From: Octopus vulgaris
Taxonomy: Eukaryota
Direction of reading: 5' to 3'
NCBI GenBank assembly: GCA_951406725.2
Contig: OX597843.1
Span: 20,150,001-20,214,000 of the forward strand
DNA length: 64,000 nt
Positions 39,488 through 54,189 of the stretch are shown here, piece after piece. How positions within the stretch are numbered: position 1 is the stretch's first letter; every line of letters starts with the position of its first letter. Made by a program: the position numbers and the translations under genes. The notes below the pieces were generated by a model. The model had not been told where the DNA came from, made no database searches, and saw nothing but the letters and a program-made list of their open reading frames with translations.

Positions 39488-39589
39488 CTTCTTTCATATA
39501 TAATTCCACTCGTGCGGTACCTTACAACTCGAAACATTACGTACGACAGTGGGTCGTAAGTAATGTTTCGAGTGTATGGGCGCACGAAT

Positions 39590-40030
39590 AAATCACAGCT
39601 TAATAAAGAGCATGTTCATCATATTTTTCCGACATCCTCGGTATTGTGTATTGGGAGATTATTCAGGGAGGACGTTTCGGGAAAATGACCGGATCTGTGT
39701 TTCGCGAAGTATTGAATTTTTTACGACAACAATGCACCTATCACCTCACCCGTGAGTTTCTTGCCAAAAACAACATGCTATCGCTTCTGCACCTGCCCTA
39801 TTCGACATATTTACCACCTGCTGACTCGCATCCGTTTCTGAAGATGAAAAATCAACTCAGAGGTCGAGATCAAGAGCAAACTTATCATCATTGTCGAAGT
39901 CAAGAGGTCCTCGACTCGCCTATGTAAAACTACGTCCAGGCCGGATTTCAAAATTGTCAGAAAAGCTGGGGCAGTTGCATTATTGCTCAGGTAACATGAG
40001 TTACTTTTATTAAACATAGCTCGTTCAGAA
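39590..40030 (+). mobile_element. Decayed mariner remnant
   Basis: TREFLAKNN..HLPYSTYLPPADSHPFLKMK (PYSPDLAPxDF-like); paralogous to 15420-15900. Confidence 0.65.
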
Positions 40031-40464
40031 AATTTATATATACGACGGGTTTCCTTCAGTTACCGTGAACCCAATTAATTAACATACACGGGTTTGTTTG
40101 GTTTGAGACCAGAGTACACGCAGAAGGACTGAATACAGAAGCAAAATTCTTATCACACAGCAATGCTAACGCCTAAGCGTATGCACACACAACCACACAC
40201 ACACACACACACACACATACACAATACACACACATACACAATACACACACACACGTATGACGGAAATGGAAAGTGGATTCTACGTGATACATTAATCATT
40301 ATTGCCGTTTCAACCCGTCTTCAATCGGCCCCTCACGGATGAGATAATGGTCGATTGGCCGCAGTGCATCTTTCTTTGCAGATGTCTCTCATCAGTTAAT
40401 ATTTCAAAAAGTTCTCTGCTCAATAAACTCGGTTTCACTTGGTTCGATTATAATGTATTTTGTT

Positions 40465-40547
<83 letters not shown>

Positions 40548-40548
<1 letters not shown>

Positions 40549-41587
40549 GCAAAACACGAGCAAAACAAAAAACTGTTCTCAGTATTTAAGGAAGCTGACA
40601 AATACAAACAAGAAATCATACCACCTAATAAATATGAAGAAGAAGAAGAAGATGATGAAGAAACAACAAAAGCTATAAAACAAATGAAATCCAAACTAAA
40701 AATAGAACAGCAATGAGCCATGATAAAACGATGGCAAGAAAAACCCCTTCATGGTAAATACTGAACTAAACTAAACGCAAAAGAAATAGACAAAGAAAAA
40801 TCCCAGCAATGGTTGAGAAGCTCAGGACTCAAAGCAGAAACAGAGGGATTTTTAATTGCACCACAAGACCAAAGCCTCCCCACCAGAAATTACCAAAAAC
40901 ATGTGTAATGAAAAGAAATATTACAAGTAACTGCAGAATATGTGGAGATGGACAAGAAACAATAAATCATATTATCTCTAGCTGCCCAGTCCTGGCTAAG
41001 AAGGAATATATTCACAGACATGACAGAGTTGGAACCTACATACATTGGAAGCTATGCCAACATTATGGAATAACAACTTGAAAAAAGATGGTATAGGCAC
41101 ACACCAGAAAAGGTCACAGAAAACGAGAAAGCAACCATACTCTGAGAAGATAGAGAAATTAAGGCCAACAGACCAGATATAGTTGTCAGAGATCATGAAG
41201 AAACAAATGCTTTCTAATTGATGTATCAATACCGGCAAAATGACAACGTGTCTCTAAAAGAAATGGAGAAACTCTCAAAATACAGAGACCTGGAAATAGA
41301 GGTAACTAGAATGTGATCCTGAACTAAACAGAAACAATTCCTGCTCATAGTAGGAGCATTAGGCATGATAAAAAAATTTTCAGACAAATACATAACAAAA
41401 ACACCAGGACTTACAAACACATATAACGTACAGAAAATTGCACTACTAGGCACTGCACACATCCTACGTGCAGAACACTTTCCATACAATAACCATCAGA
41501 GCATCACAGCAAATCACAGCACATACCCAAGGCACACAGAGCTGCGCTCGGTAGTGAAGTGAAAGCACGCTGATAAAAATAAAACTA

Positions 41588-41590
<3 letters not shown>
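40548..41590 (+). mobile_element. 5'-truncated R4/Dong-clade RLE retrotransposon inside a (TAA)n tract
   Basis: LHGKY, GLKAETEGFLIA, CRICGDGQETINHIISSC (CCHC), YIHRHD, RPDIVV; (TAA)n at 40468-40547 and 41591-41653. Confidence 0.9.
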
Positions 41591-41653
<63 letters not shown>

Positions 41654-41924
41654 TTTAGTACGAATAAGATGAAGAAGAAGAACAAGAAGAAGAAAACAAG
41701 AAGAAGACTAAGAAGAAGAAAGGAAGTAGTAGAAGGTGAAGAAGAAAAACAAAAACAAAAACAAAAACAATAATAACAACGAAGAAGTCGGTGATGAAGA
41801 AAAAGTAATATAAGCAGCAAGAAAACAAACAAGATGGAGAAGCAAAACAATAACAAGAAAATTTGGGAATGAGGATAGAAATGATAATAAAATTATCAGA
41901 CATACACACAGAACACAAACGTAC

Positions 41925-42053
41925 GAGGGACACACCAAACATTCTTTTATGTTGTGGACGACTAGCTACATTAACATCCTTCCTAAAGAAATTGAAACTG
42001 AATATGCAGCCATCACACTGCACAGTTTAGCCAAATTACCCAACTGTGCTCTC
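41925..42053 (-). pseudogene. Damaged paralogue of exon 213-342
   Basis: Same donor; 1 nt shorter, two TAA stops in the QCDG frame, polypyrimidine tract lost. Confidence 0.45.
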
Positions 42054-42349
42054 CTGTACTAACGACTACCAACTTGCATATGTAATTGCTTAAAATCTCA
42101 TGTTATTGTCAGTATCTCAAAAGAGTGAGGATTATTTCTATATTTCTTTCCTTGATGGATATAATCTGTATATATGTTTCATAATATAACTAGACACAAA
42201 TGCAAACATAGATATTGTCAATCGTACACTCATACACAAAAGCTGAATGAAAGTAACACAAACATATAGACACCTGTGTTTTTATGAAATGTAGCTAAAC
42301 TGGCAAAATGATCATTCAATATATAATATATATATTCCTATATATATAT

Positions 42350-42382
<33 letters not shown>

Positions 42383-42911
42383 TGTCTGTATATATATATA
42401 TATGTGTGTGTATGTGTGTGTGTGTGTGTGTTGTGCGTGTGTGTACATACACATCCACCATATATCACAGTTCAAAAGAATGAGTATTAAAAGAGATTTC
42501 TTAGCCCTCAAATATTAAATCTTGTATCTTTGGAATCATATTAATAAAAAGAGGACGATGATGAAGAAAAATGGCCGAGATGATGTTGATGATGATGATG
42601 AGAAGGAGGATTGCGATGTTGATTGTAAATGTTTATGGCAATAATGACGGTGAGAAGGAAAAAGGCGATAATGATGATGAAGATTATTATCGAAAAGGAT
42701 GACAAACGCTACCGATTAATTGGTGATGACGACGTTGATTATTATGATGTTCATAACAAAGGTGATGGTGATTCTGCATGCTAGAAATAGCAGAGTAAAT
42801 GAGGGAAAGAGGAAAGTTATGATGAGGCTTATGATAAATTATAACGATTAGTGATAACGGAAGTTTTGATTACAAGAAGGACTATGAATATGATAGCGCA
42901 GAAGATGATAC

Positions 42912-42952
<41 letters not shown>

Positions 42953-43116
42953 GCGAAGATGATGACCATAAATATGATGAAAGTGTGATGAAAAATTAGA
43001 AACTGATAAGAATAACGAAGAATGTGAAGGAAAATAAATCATAGAATTATAGATATAGAAAAATAGAAGAAGAAGACGAAGAAGAAAAAGTAGAAGAAGA
43101 AGAAGAAGGAGAAGAA

Positions 43117-43163
<47 letters not shown>

Positions 43164-43410
43164 AGAAGAAGAAGAAGAACCAAAAATGATTCGTGAAGAG
43201 AGGAGAAAGCAGTTGAAAGAAATTAAAAGCAGAAGAACCAGAATATGATGGGCAAGATGAATGTAGAGAAAAGTTGTGATGAAGACGATAAAGCAGAGAA
43301 GAAGATATATTAAGACAAGAAAAATAACGTGTAATATCAGAATGGGGAAACAAGTGGGAATAAAGGAATATAAATACAAAAACTATAGTCACACACATCA
43401 AACAAACGCA

Positions 43411-43453
<43 letters not shown>

Positions 43454-44033
43454 TGTGTGTGTGAGATGTGTGTGTGTGTGTGTGTATACACGTTTATGTA
43501 TTTGTTTTGGTAAGAATTTTGATGTGAAATCGTGTGTTGAAACAGATATTTCTTGTATTTAGGAATGGTCATTTTGTCAGTTTAGCCAATAAAAAACACA
43601 CGCACTATATATTTGGTGTTACTTTGCTTCAGCGTTATTATGTTTTACATTAATCTTACCCTTATTTCGGCCAGAGTTCTTTCGTCACACTCCTGTGACC
43701 TAATCAGTGGTTCATTGCTTTCTTCATTCATATTTGTGTGTCTCTCCTTACTAACGATCAGCCATTTTGCATTTTGTATTTGCGTATATGGATATACATC
43801 TATATGTGTCTATGTTTGGTTAGAGTATGTATTAATGAGGGGGATGCCTGTAATATTTGAATCTCCTGTTTATATACGTTCAGAAAGAAATCTGGCCGAA
43901 ATAAGATTAAGATTAATGTCAAAAATCAATAAAGCTGAATGAAAGTAACACGAAATATATAGTGCGTGTTTTTATTGGCTAAACTGGCAAAATGATCATT
44001 CCTAAATATATATATATATATATATATTCCTAT

Positions 44034-44065
<32 letters not shown>

Positions 44066-45095
44066 GTGTGTATATATATATATAAGAATCAGTGTGTGTA
44101 TGTGTGTGTGTGTGTGTGTGTGAATGTGTGTGCGCAGTATCAGGACCAACAGAAAAGCGTAATGTAACAGAGAAGGAGAATATGGATGATTTGGAAAGTA
44201 GTGTTAGTGAAACAGAGAGACATCAAAATGGAGTTGAAGTGAAGAATGCTGAGGAGGAGGTGCGAGGAATTTGCGAGATGAAAGAACGAAAGACATGAAG
44301 ACATGGACTGAACAGACACAATAATCCTAAACGAACCTATCGTATTGGTGATATGTACTTATATTGCGAGTATTGTGGTGCACTGAACTTTAAATATGAA
44401 AACTTCATTTTACTGTCACAATAAGAAAGGGAATTTTCCTCCACTGCAACTAAACCCTCAGACATTGAAGCGTTTGTCTGAGAAAATTACCAAGAGTCTG
44501 CTTCATTTCGAAAAAAACATCAGCAATTACAACTGCATATCTTCCTTTACGTCATTTGGTGTGAAACTCTCTGTGCCGCAAGGAAGAGGTCTACATTGTT
44601 TCTGTATTGTTGTGGAAGGATTCCGACCACCTTCCAATTGACTTAAAGGGAACTGACATATTCCTATTAAATAGACAACTGTCGAGTCTTCAGCAATTAA
44701 CTGGAAATAGAAAACTAGTCGAAGAGTGGGGCAGAAAGAGAGTCGGAAACACTTTCTTTCCCCCTGATTCCTTAAATCATATGAAAAAACCAGGGTATAA
44801 AAGTGGCGAAGAGTTCTTCGAAGTTTGCGTTGGACATTTAAATTTGTTTGGAAAAAATGGGTATGAAACCAAAGAAAAATCGTTTAAGATAGAAGGCATA
44901 TTGGCGTCTGTGGTGCAGTTGCAACAGCAACAATAGTAACAACAAGAGCAACTACAACAGCAACAACAACAAAAAAGAGTTGTTGGAATCAAAGTCTAAA
45001 AATACTTCAGGTGTGAAGAACAGCGTAGCAATCTCTATTGAAGAATTCAGTTATAATCCAGAAGATGGGATTACCTTATTTCAGTGTCAAATATC

Positions 45096-45152
<57 letters not shown>

Positions 45153-48100
45153 TATTACAATTAAGAAATATACACTTTAAAAAATATATATTTATAAAAT
45201 CAGGTGGAATAATTATTCTGCAAGATGATTTGAGATTTGAAAAAATTAACTTGATTCTGCTGGCGAATAGAAATTCGCAGACGGAATGTCCTTGTTCAAA
45301 TCATATGAAATAAGAAATTACAAAACTTACTGAACATAAGAGGAAGAAGATTAAAGATGAAGATTAGGTACACGCATAAGAGAAGAAACGGTAAGAAATT
45401 AGAGAAAAAAATGTACCACAGATGAGAGAGAATAGAGAAGAGCAAGCAACAAACAGAAGAAATGCGACGCCAAAACGAAATTGAAGAAAAAGAACAAAGC
45501 ACAATTCAAGGAACAAAAAGATTGATATTTCACTGTAACGGAGAAATAAGAGAAAAAATGTCAAGATCGAATCAATCTTATGTTTGCGGTGGTCAACATT
45601 TTAAAAGTAATTGCCCGTTTAAAAATATAAAAGGCGTCAGATGAGGCAAGAGAGATCATAAAATATCACACTGTAGAACAAACCTGGAAAACATTTCAAC
45701 AGAAAGAAAACACGAAATCAGGTTATCGGTGATCAAAAAACGAACAGCCTCAAAGGAAATTTGTGTACGTAAAGTTGCAACTAGATAAGGGCAGTGATAT
45801 CTCGATAATTAACACAGATACGTAGAAAAAAACAGAATTCCTAGATTAAAAGACATTTCGAAAATTGTAGGTGGTGTTTCAGGAAAATAATTACATTTTA
45901 ACGTCTTAATGATAAATCACCTTCCATTTCGTGGGAAAACCTTAAAAACCAAAGATTTTGTGTTGAAATAATATCACAAATTTATTCGGAAACTGAATAA
46001 ATTCCTTTAAATAGACAACTGTCGATAAATCTTCAGTAAAAATGTGAATGGTTTTCTTGCCAATACAAATGAATCGTCGGTCGTGTAAAAATTTTTCCTG
46101 AAGTTCTTTCTGATAAATTAGATCTCAGCATCACAACGAAAACGAAGTTCCAAGTAAAAGTAAATGCCAAACCGGTATTTAAATATAAACGAACTGTAAC
46201 TTTTGCATCGTGGGAACAGATAAACTTTTGCAGCGTTAGAAACAAATAAACAAAATCAGAGGTATGCTGATTTTTTCCACTGGTTTAAATGAGTGTCTTA
46301 AAACTTTCCACAAGGTATTTTCTTAATTGGATGTCTCCGACGCGTGCCTACATATTAGCGTAGACGATGAATGCTATAAATACCTAAAACTTAACGCATA
46401 TATATATAAGATACGAATAAATTTTAATGTCACACCGATTTTTCAAATTGATGCAGTGTTAGCGATAGTAAATTTGCTGCATTAAATGCGAATCACGGGA
46501 TCACCATGTAGAGCAAGTAATATATATGTTCGAAAAAATAGGGAATTATATTGAAAAAGAAAGCGTGAATTTTTTTCGATTACCAAAACTATAAATTGAA
46601 AGAAATGGACGAGGACCAGATCCGTTCAGACGAAACAGAAGAATGCGACAAATAACGGAAAGCGTAAAACATTAAAATCATGATTGACCTTAAGATGATT
46701 TTCAAACGCATATTATGACCAAAATTATAGCAAAGATGAAGATAAGTGTTACAGTAGATTATGTATTTAAAAATGTCAATTGAAATTGCTCTGAAAATTG
46801 TCAAAGGGAATTTGACGACGAAAAAGTATTAACATCTGATTTGTTGTTAGCACGCTTCGAAATTGTAGCGGAGAGATTGTCTGAAGATTCCAGCTCTGAA
46901 CTGAATCGGGATAAATAAAAAAAAATGGTAACATGAAGGCGGTGGTTCTTGATATCAGCAGAAAATATTACAGCCAAATCAATAAAAGAGGCTCTTGTAA
47001 TTATTTTTGCCGTAAAAAATTGCATAGATTTTTACACGGCAGAAGTTTTTGAATACAGAAAACATCGTCCGTTATTATCAGAACAAGAGTAAAAGAAATA
47101 AAGATTATCGGTACTCAATAGGCTGCAACAGCCTGGGGTACTGTATCATTAAACTATGCAACTAGATACAGTATATACCATCTAAATAATTAACCCAGAT
47201 ACGTTTATCAAAAAAACAGATTTCAGAAAATGCTGAACCATTTCGAAAATTGTAGGTGATTGCTACTTTGCGAATAGAAAATGAAATTAAAAGCAAACGG
47301 TATAACTCCATGCGTGAACTGCTATTTACCTTACAAGATATAAAATTACAATTGGGAAACGATAAAATTCATTAAAAAATGAAAGAGATGCAAAAGGGTA
47401 AAAGAGATAAAAGATATTCGAGCCTATCACAAGGTGTGACAATGTGCTGGTGTATGCACAAAGAGTCGTACGATTTGTAGCCAAAGCAATTACTAAAGAT
47501 TTTTTGAAGTCAAAATTAGATTAATCAAATCGAAAAGAAGTTAGGTATAAATGGCCAACAACGGACTGTAACATTGAAGATATAGTGATAGTGCATGCAG
47601 ATAAACTGTTCTCTAGAACATAATAAACAAAATCAGAAATGCATTTCCGAAATGAGTGCCAAAACCACTTAAGGTTTCATGTCACTTCGTTGTTGGGGAA
47701 TGTTTTTCAACGGTCTGAAGTGCATAAATGTAGAAAGAACATATATATATATTACAAAGATATTTGATGTTTGTTAGAATAATCACACCATTTTTCAACA
47801 GCTTATGGATGCAGTGTTAGCGATATAAATGCAAATCTGGAGATAATATTTCAAAAATTCACGGGATCACCATGACAAGTACTTATATTAAAAAATTACA
47901 TTATATTAAAAAGCTGAATTTTTTTTATATAAATTGAAAGAATGATATTCCTGGTAAAAGGTAAAAACAATTATCGAACATAAAAGAATTATTAACCAAC
48001 TTAAAACCTGATTCAAGGAAAAATTATGACAAAATGAAGTGAAATTGCTCTGAAAATTGCACGACACGAAATTTTAAAGTATTAACATCTGATTTGTTAG

Positions 48101-51100
48101 CACCTGATTCTGTAGCGGAGAAAGAATTCAGAGCCTCTGAATACTGAATCGGCGCAGTAATGCTCATAAATAAAAAGATGGTAACATGAAGGCGGTGGTT
48201 CTTGATATCAGCAGAAAATATTACAGCCAAATCAAAGAGGTCTGAATTATTTTTGCCGTAAAAAATTGCATAGATTTTTACACGGCAGAAGTTTTTGAAT
48301 ACAGACAGATCATCGTCCGTTATTATCAGTACAAGAGTAAAAGAAATAAAGATCTAGCCGTACTGCTAATAGCTGCAACGCTGGGGTCTGTATCATTAAA
48401 CTATGAATTTAAGATACAGTATATACCATCTAAATAATTAGGACCCATTGTTTATCAAGACCGATTTCAGAAAATGCAAACCTGAAGATACCGTGATTGC
48501 TACTTTGCATGAAAATGTAAAAGCAAGTCAGTATACTCCATTTAACTGCTATTTACCTTACAAGTATAAAATTACAATTGGGAACATAAAATTCTTAAAA
48601 AATGAAAGAGATGCAAAAGGGTAAAAGAGATAAGATATTCGAGCCTATACAAGGTGTACAATTGCTGATGTATGCACAAAGAGTCGTAGGTGCCAGCCAC
48701 ACTACAAAACAATTACGAAAGGAATTTCATATTGAGTCAAAGAGATTTATATAAGCGTTAATGAGCATAGGATACTGGCCAACAAGGACTGTAACATTGA
48801 AGAAAGTGATAGTATGCAATACGCTGTTCTCTGCTCATAATACACCCGTCACGAAATGGCACCCGTATTGAAAACCATAAGGTTTCATGTCACTTCGTTG
48901 TTGGAATGTTTTTCAACACGGTCTGAATGCATAAATGTGCAAATCTCTGGTTACATATTTGATGTTTGTTAGAATAATCAGATCCATCTTTGATCAGCCG
49001 ATACCGAGTGAAAATGAAAAGATAATATTTCAAAATTCTGTGTACAAACTTTATTAAAGAACTATACATATATTAAACAAGGCTGGGAGGATGGCAATTG
49101 TTATATAAATTCGATATTCCTGGTTAAAAGGTGACTATGAACCACCCACGCATTGCTTAACCACTTACCAACGATTCAAGAAAAATCGCTGATGAATTTC
49201 TCATTAAAGACATTGGAACGAAAAGGTTGAGGTGAGATGCTGGAATCTTTGTTTTCTCTGCTGATTTTACGGAGGAAACATAAATTCCACTTCAATCCGT
49301 ACACTTCGGTAAATTTCTTATTTAATTTTGCAACGTTTTGTGTTTTCTTTTGTTGTTGTTGAAGGAATTACTGATAATTGCAAGTATAATTTCTGACACA
49401 TTTCAAACATTTACTTAAACCCACGCACATAGTTAATTTCCCTAAAAATTTCTTATTTATTTTGCGCCGGTTTTTGTTTGTCTGTTGTTAATGGCTTTTT
49501 TATATATCCTTACCAGGATATAGAACGTATTCAGTGACAACATTCGCTTCAACCCGTACGATTCTTTATTCTCCGAGAAAACTACCTTGTTAATGTTCTG
49601 CTCGTCGTATTAAGAAATATAATTTTCGTTACCCAGTTATTTTCATTGTTTACTATCTTCTACGCCCGTGTATTTCTGTATAACCATGCCTAGAACAAGG
49701 TGTCAAGATTTGTCCACAATGTGAAAAGTACAAAGAATGTCTCTGTCCAGGGAAAAGAACAGCTGCAGAAAGGCGAGCAACCAAGAAAGGAACAGACTGG
49801 GCACTACGAAAAAAACAGAGCATCTCAAAGTGATGAACAGAGGTATGCACGGCTGACAAGGAATAAGATCTCCACTGCAGAGAGACAAGGAATAAGATCT
49901 CCACTAATTATATTTATATTTGAGTATTTATATCTGAGTATGCGTATCGGACTGCCATTTCAGTTGCGTATTACGTTTGCGGTCCTCTGCACCTATTCAT
50001 AATCCTTCAATTTTCTTCGCTCTGTGGAATACTGACAAGAATTCAATGATGGACAGATTATGCTCAGCGAGGCCTGAATGCAAGACTTACCTTCATAAAT
50101 TCTGAATTTATTGAAAATGGCTGCTAGTCTGTGTTTAATATCTAGCTTAGCTTGAACCAATTGGAATGTAACAGGTGTGAAACACTGAACCACACACTCA
50201 TTGCAACCCTTACCAACGAGCAGAAGGGGATCGCTGATGCAGTCATTACAAGACGTTTGAGGTGAGATGCTGGAATCTTTCTTTTCTCTGCTGATTTTCC
50301 CGGAGGCTTTAACTTCGCCGTTCACTTCAATCCGTACACTTCTGTAAATTTCTTGTTTAATTTTGCAGCGTTTGTGTTTTCTTTTTGTTGTTGTTGACGG
50401 AATTACTGTTAAATGTAAGTTCACTCAATTTACTGACAGGAGTAACTTCAAACATTTCACTTAAACCCACGCACATTGTTAATTTCCCTAAAATTGTCTT
50501 ATTTACTTTTGCGCCGGTTTTTGTTTATCTGTTGTTAATGGCTTTTTTCTGGTTCCTTCGATACTGGCTTTTTGGTTCACTAAGTGACAAATTTCGCTTC
50601 AACCCGTACGATTCTTTATTCTCCGGAAAACTACCTTGTTAATGTTCTGCTCGTCGTATTAAGAAATATAATTTTCGTTACCCAGTTATTTTCATTGTTT
50701 ACTATCTTCTACGCCCGTGTATTTCTGTATAACCATGCCTAGAAGGAAGGTGTCAAATTTGTCCACAATGTCAAGATAAAGCCAAAAGAATGTCTCTATC
50801 CAGGGAAAGAGAGACAGCTGCAGAAAGGGAAGCATACCAAGAAAGGAACAGACTGGGCACTACGAAAAAAACAGAGCATCTCAAAGTGATGAACAGAGGT
50901 ATGCACGGCTGACAAGGAATAAGATCTCCACTGCAGAGAGACAAGGAATAAGATCTCCACTAATTATATTTATATTTAAGTATTTATATCTGAGTATTCT
51001 TTTTCCTCCCCTCCCTATTTTCTTTCTTCTTTCTCTTCTACTACTTTCTTTTCCCTCTAAGCAGTTATGAAAGCGAAAGCTCATTACGTCACTTTATCTA

Positions 51101-51264
51101 AAGAGGAACGCAAGACTTCCACGTTCATATTTGAATCTTTTGCATGTCTGCAGTCTTATTTGTATTTTATTCGTCCCCCAACTAGATGGCGATATAACAA
51201 CATGCCAGATGACACTCGAAATCTTTAGCCACACACAACTTTATCGATATGTCTGATGGGATCC

Positions 51265-52130
51265 AGACTACTAACAAACGCGAAGCTTTACAAAGCAACC
51301 AAAAAACCAACGGTTGAAAAATATGGACGCCCAAACTGTGAAACCTGCCCCAACCTGCTTGAAGGCTCGGACTTCCTTTTCAAACAAGGACAGAGGTTCA
51401 CAATTAAAACTAGTTTCACTTGTGCATCTGAGAACCTAATTCATGTAATAACCTGCTCGGGTTTGAGTCACCACTATATTGGACAAACGAGTATGACCTT
51501 GAGAAAGAGAACCACTCTAAATTAAGGGCAAATCCGTTTCCCGGAATACAGAACATATAGAATATTGTGCAGGTAACATCAAACCAAATTTCACACTCTT
51601 CCCTTTTTACCAGTGCAATAACGCAATCTCTCAACTAGAGCGTTTAAATAAAGAAACTTTTTTCATTGAAAAATACAAGAAAACGCCTTAATATCCACAC
51701 ATAACCAACTGTTATCATTTTTATATATTTCAATTCACGATTACATCCCCTACTAAACAAGGTTTTTGAAACTTGTCTGTCTGTACTCCTATATAATCCG
51801 CACCCATTACCGAAAGTTGAACCGTTATCTCCCTTACCCACAACAATAACATGACAAACGACAACCAATAACCGCCCTTTATTTATCCACTTGTGAAGTC
51901 ATTCACTCGTGAATTTCATCAAACACAACATGGACAAAATTTCTTTCTAAGAAAAAATATATTTTCAAATAAGTAAAATATGATATCATGAATAGCGATA
52001 TCGAAACCGGTCAATATATTAAAAATTATATTAAAACTATGTAAGTGTGCGTATTTTCCTTTTTTAATTTCTTATATACATGACAACTCACCACGTGGGG
52101 ATAATCGAAATTCCTCTTTTCTGTTACTAC
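51265..52130 (+). mobile_element. Penelope GIY-YIG and 3' fragment (duplicate of about 13250-14150)
   Basis: RPNCETCPNL..NLIHVITCSGLSHHYIGQT; about 1.4 kb upstream is deleted relative to the first copy. Confidence 0.88.
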
Positions 52131-53336
52131 AACTACTGCTACATATATACATATATGTATATATATATAGGATATGAGAGGTAATGTTGTCAAGGAGACC
52201 CAAATGTGTCAGTTAAAGCTGAGTAAGTGCTATGGACATGCAAAATGAGGAGTCCAACGTAGGTCATATTTTTACATCTATATGTATAAAATTACAGAAG
52301 GAAATAAAAATGCAAGGCTGTGAAAGATTTAAGAACATTTCTAAAGAGAAGAAGTTACAGCTGTTTCCGGGATATTTATGTATCTCTTTATCGGAGACGT
52401 TGCGAGAAGATGGTTAAGCAATAGGTATTCTAGAAAAACTATTGCCTAACCATTTTCGCATACCGTCTTCGATGAAAGAATATATAAGATATACCTGGAG
52501 CAGCTGAAAGTCCTCTCTATAAATGTTCTGAAATCTTTCAAAGCCTTGGACTTTTATCTGATTCATTTATATATATCTTCTCTATATATAAAACTGAAAT
52601 GCGTTTTTACCGCTTGGATCGCTTTCAATGCCACTACGACCCGTCCGATTCGCTCCAAAATGTACAGGGACATGTAGAATGAGGTGATGATGCTCGTGGG
52701 CTACCTTAGAAATCCCTATCTCAAAAGGTGTGGTTGCTAGGGGCCATCTTCGTCACTCACGCTATTTCCTCCTTTCCCTCTCTTTCTCCCCTTCATCCAT
52801 AACGTTGACAATGTCCACTCCCGTTATTTAACGTATTGCCCTCAATTCCCTTTCATTTTCCCATTATAAGATCGTCAGACGGGTTTCTTTGATGTATCTG
52901 TCGGCAGTCATAGGGAGAATTATCATCGCTACAAACGCCACATAATCATGAGAACAAATATTATGAATCAGATATTCATTGCGTTCATTTATATATGTGT
53001 GCGTGTGTGTGTGTGTTCGATATGTAAATATGTATATATAATGTATATATACAAAGTGTATATATCTGTATTTATGTATATTACACTTTTTAATACTTTT
53101 TGATAGTTATATATATTTTTAAACAAATTATAAATATTTAACTTAATAATTTTTATTTTAAATTTAAATAATTTAAATTTTTAATTTTATATATTTTCTA
53201 TATTATATTTTTTTCTTTTTATGTTTTTTTTTGTTTTGCCTATTAGTGGTTTTATCTCTAATTTAATTTATACATATATATATATAATTTGTATATATAA
53301 TGCGTGCACACCCACACACACACACACATATATATA

Positions 53337-54183
53337 CTAGCAGAATTACCCGGCGTTGCTCGGGGCTGAATTGCTTGAAAGTACTGTTAATGATTGCACT
53401 GAATTATGATGATTATTCAGGCAAATATTGATATAAGTTTAGGCTGGGAGATAAAGACTTAACGATCAAACGTGTGCCATTGCATTGTTTTGGGGGAGCC
53501 AAATTTCTGATGAGCATTATAGGGGCACCGACTTTAAGTTTGAGAATGTGTTGTGTTAGTCCGGGGTGCTCAAAGGAATTGAGTACCTCTATTGGATAGT
53601 TGATGACGTCCTCTGGGTCAGGAGTTGTATTGATAGACTGATATACATAGACTTCCCCAGGAATGAGTTTTAGCATTTCATCATTAATATGGTGAACAGT
53701 TTTATTCCTCGGGGCCAGTATAGCCTTTTGGCCAATCCAATCCATATTCTGATAATTAGCTTGTAGATCTTGGAACACTGCATCTCTGAGATCAGAAGAC
53801 GTCTTAACAATGGTACAAATGGAATCGATGGCAATATTACCATTTTCATCCCCTGGTATTTTGCCTTCGCCAAGTGCAAGGTGGGTGTGAGGAAATGCTG
53901 CTGATGTGATATTACGTCGCATATGAGCACGCATATTGGTGTGAAGTTTTGAGAGTTACTTCCCTTTATTAAAAAAATATGCATTAAAATGGGAGAAAAT
54001 GATGGTAAATTATTTGTAAAATCGTAGACTCATCGTAGACGTGCGCTAATACCCAGAAGGGCTCGATATGAATCACGACTATAAGATACTCGGTTTTGGT
54101 TAAACTGCATCGCAAAATGTGGGAGTAGTTAGGAATCTAAATCGGAGTAGACAGACACACAACCTTTCTTTTATATATAAAGA
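53337..54183 (-). mobile_element. Internally deleted Helitron carrying a PIF1-like helicase fragment
   Basis: A|TC ... hairpin CTAG|T; ORF 53413-53934 with AILAPRN, LKLKVGAPIMLIRNL and CNGTRL. Confidence 0.92.
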
Positions 54184-54189
54184 TTTTCG

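Larger units (their letters stand above)
41655..52570 (+). repeat. Diverged, partly scrambled duplicate of about 1-14850
   Basis: Collinear matches to the exon region, hammerhead element, Helitron/Gypsy junction, Penelope 3' part and the 264-nt hairpin. Confidence 0.92.

Noticed and set aside
40370-40430. Acceptor-like ttttctttgcAG and a reverse-strand CUGAUGA
   Set aside because: No good donor or recognisable peptide, and no properly placed stems for a hammerhead.
53413-53934. Host PIF1 helicase gene
   Set aside because: A partial domain bounded by Helitron termini.
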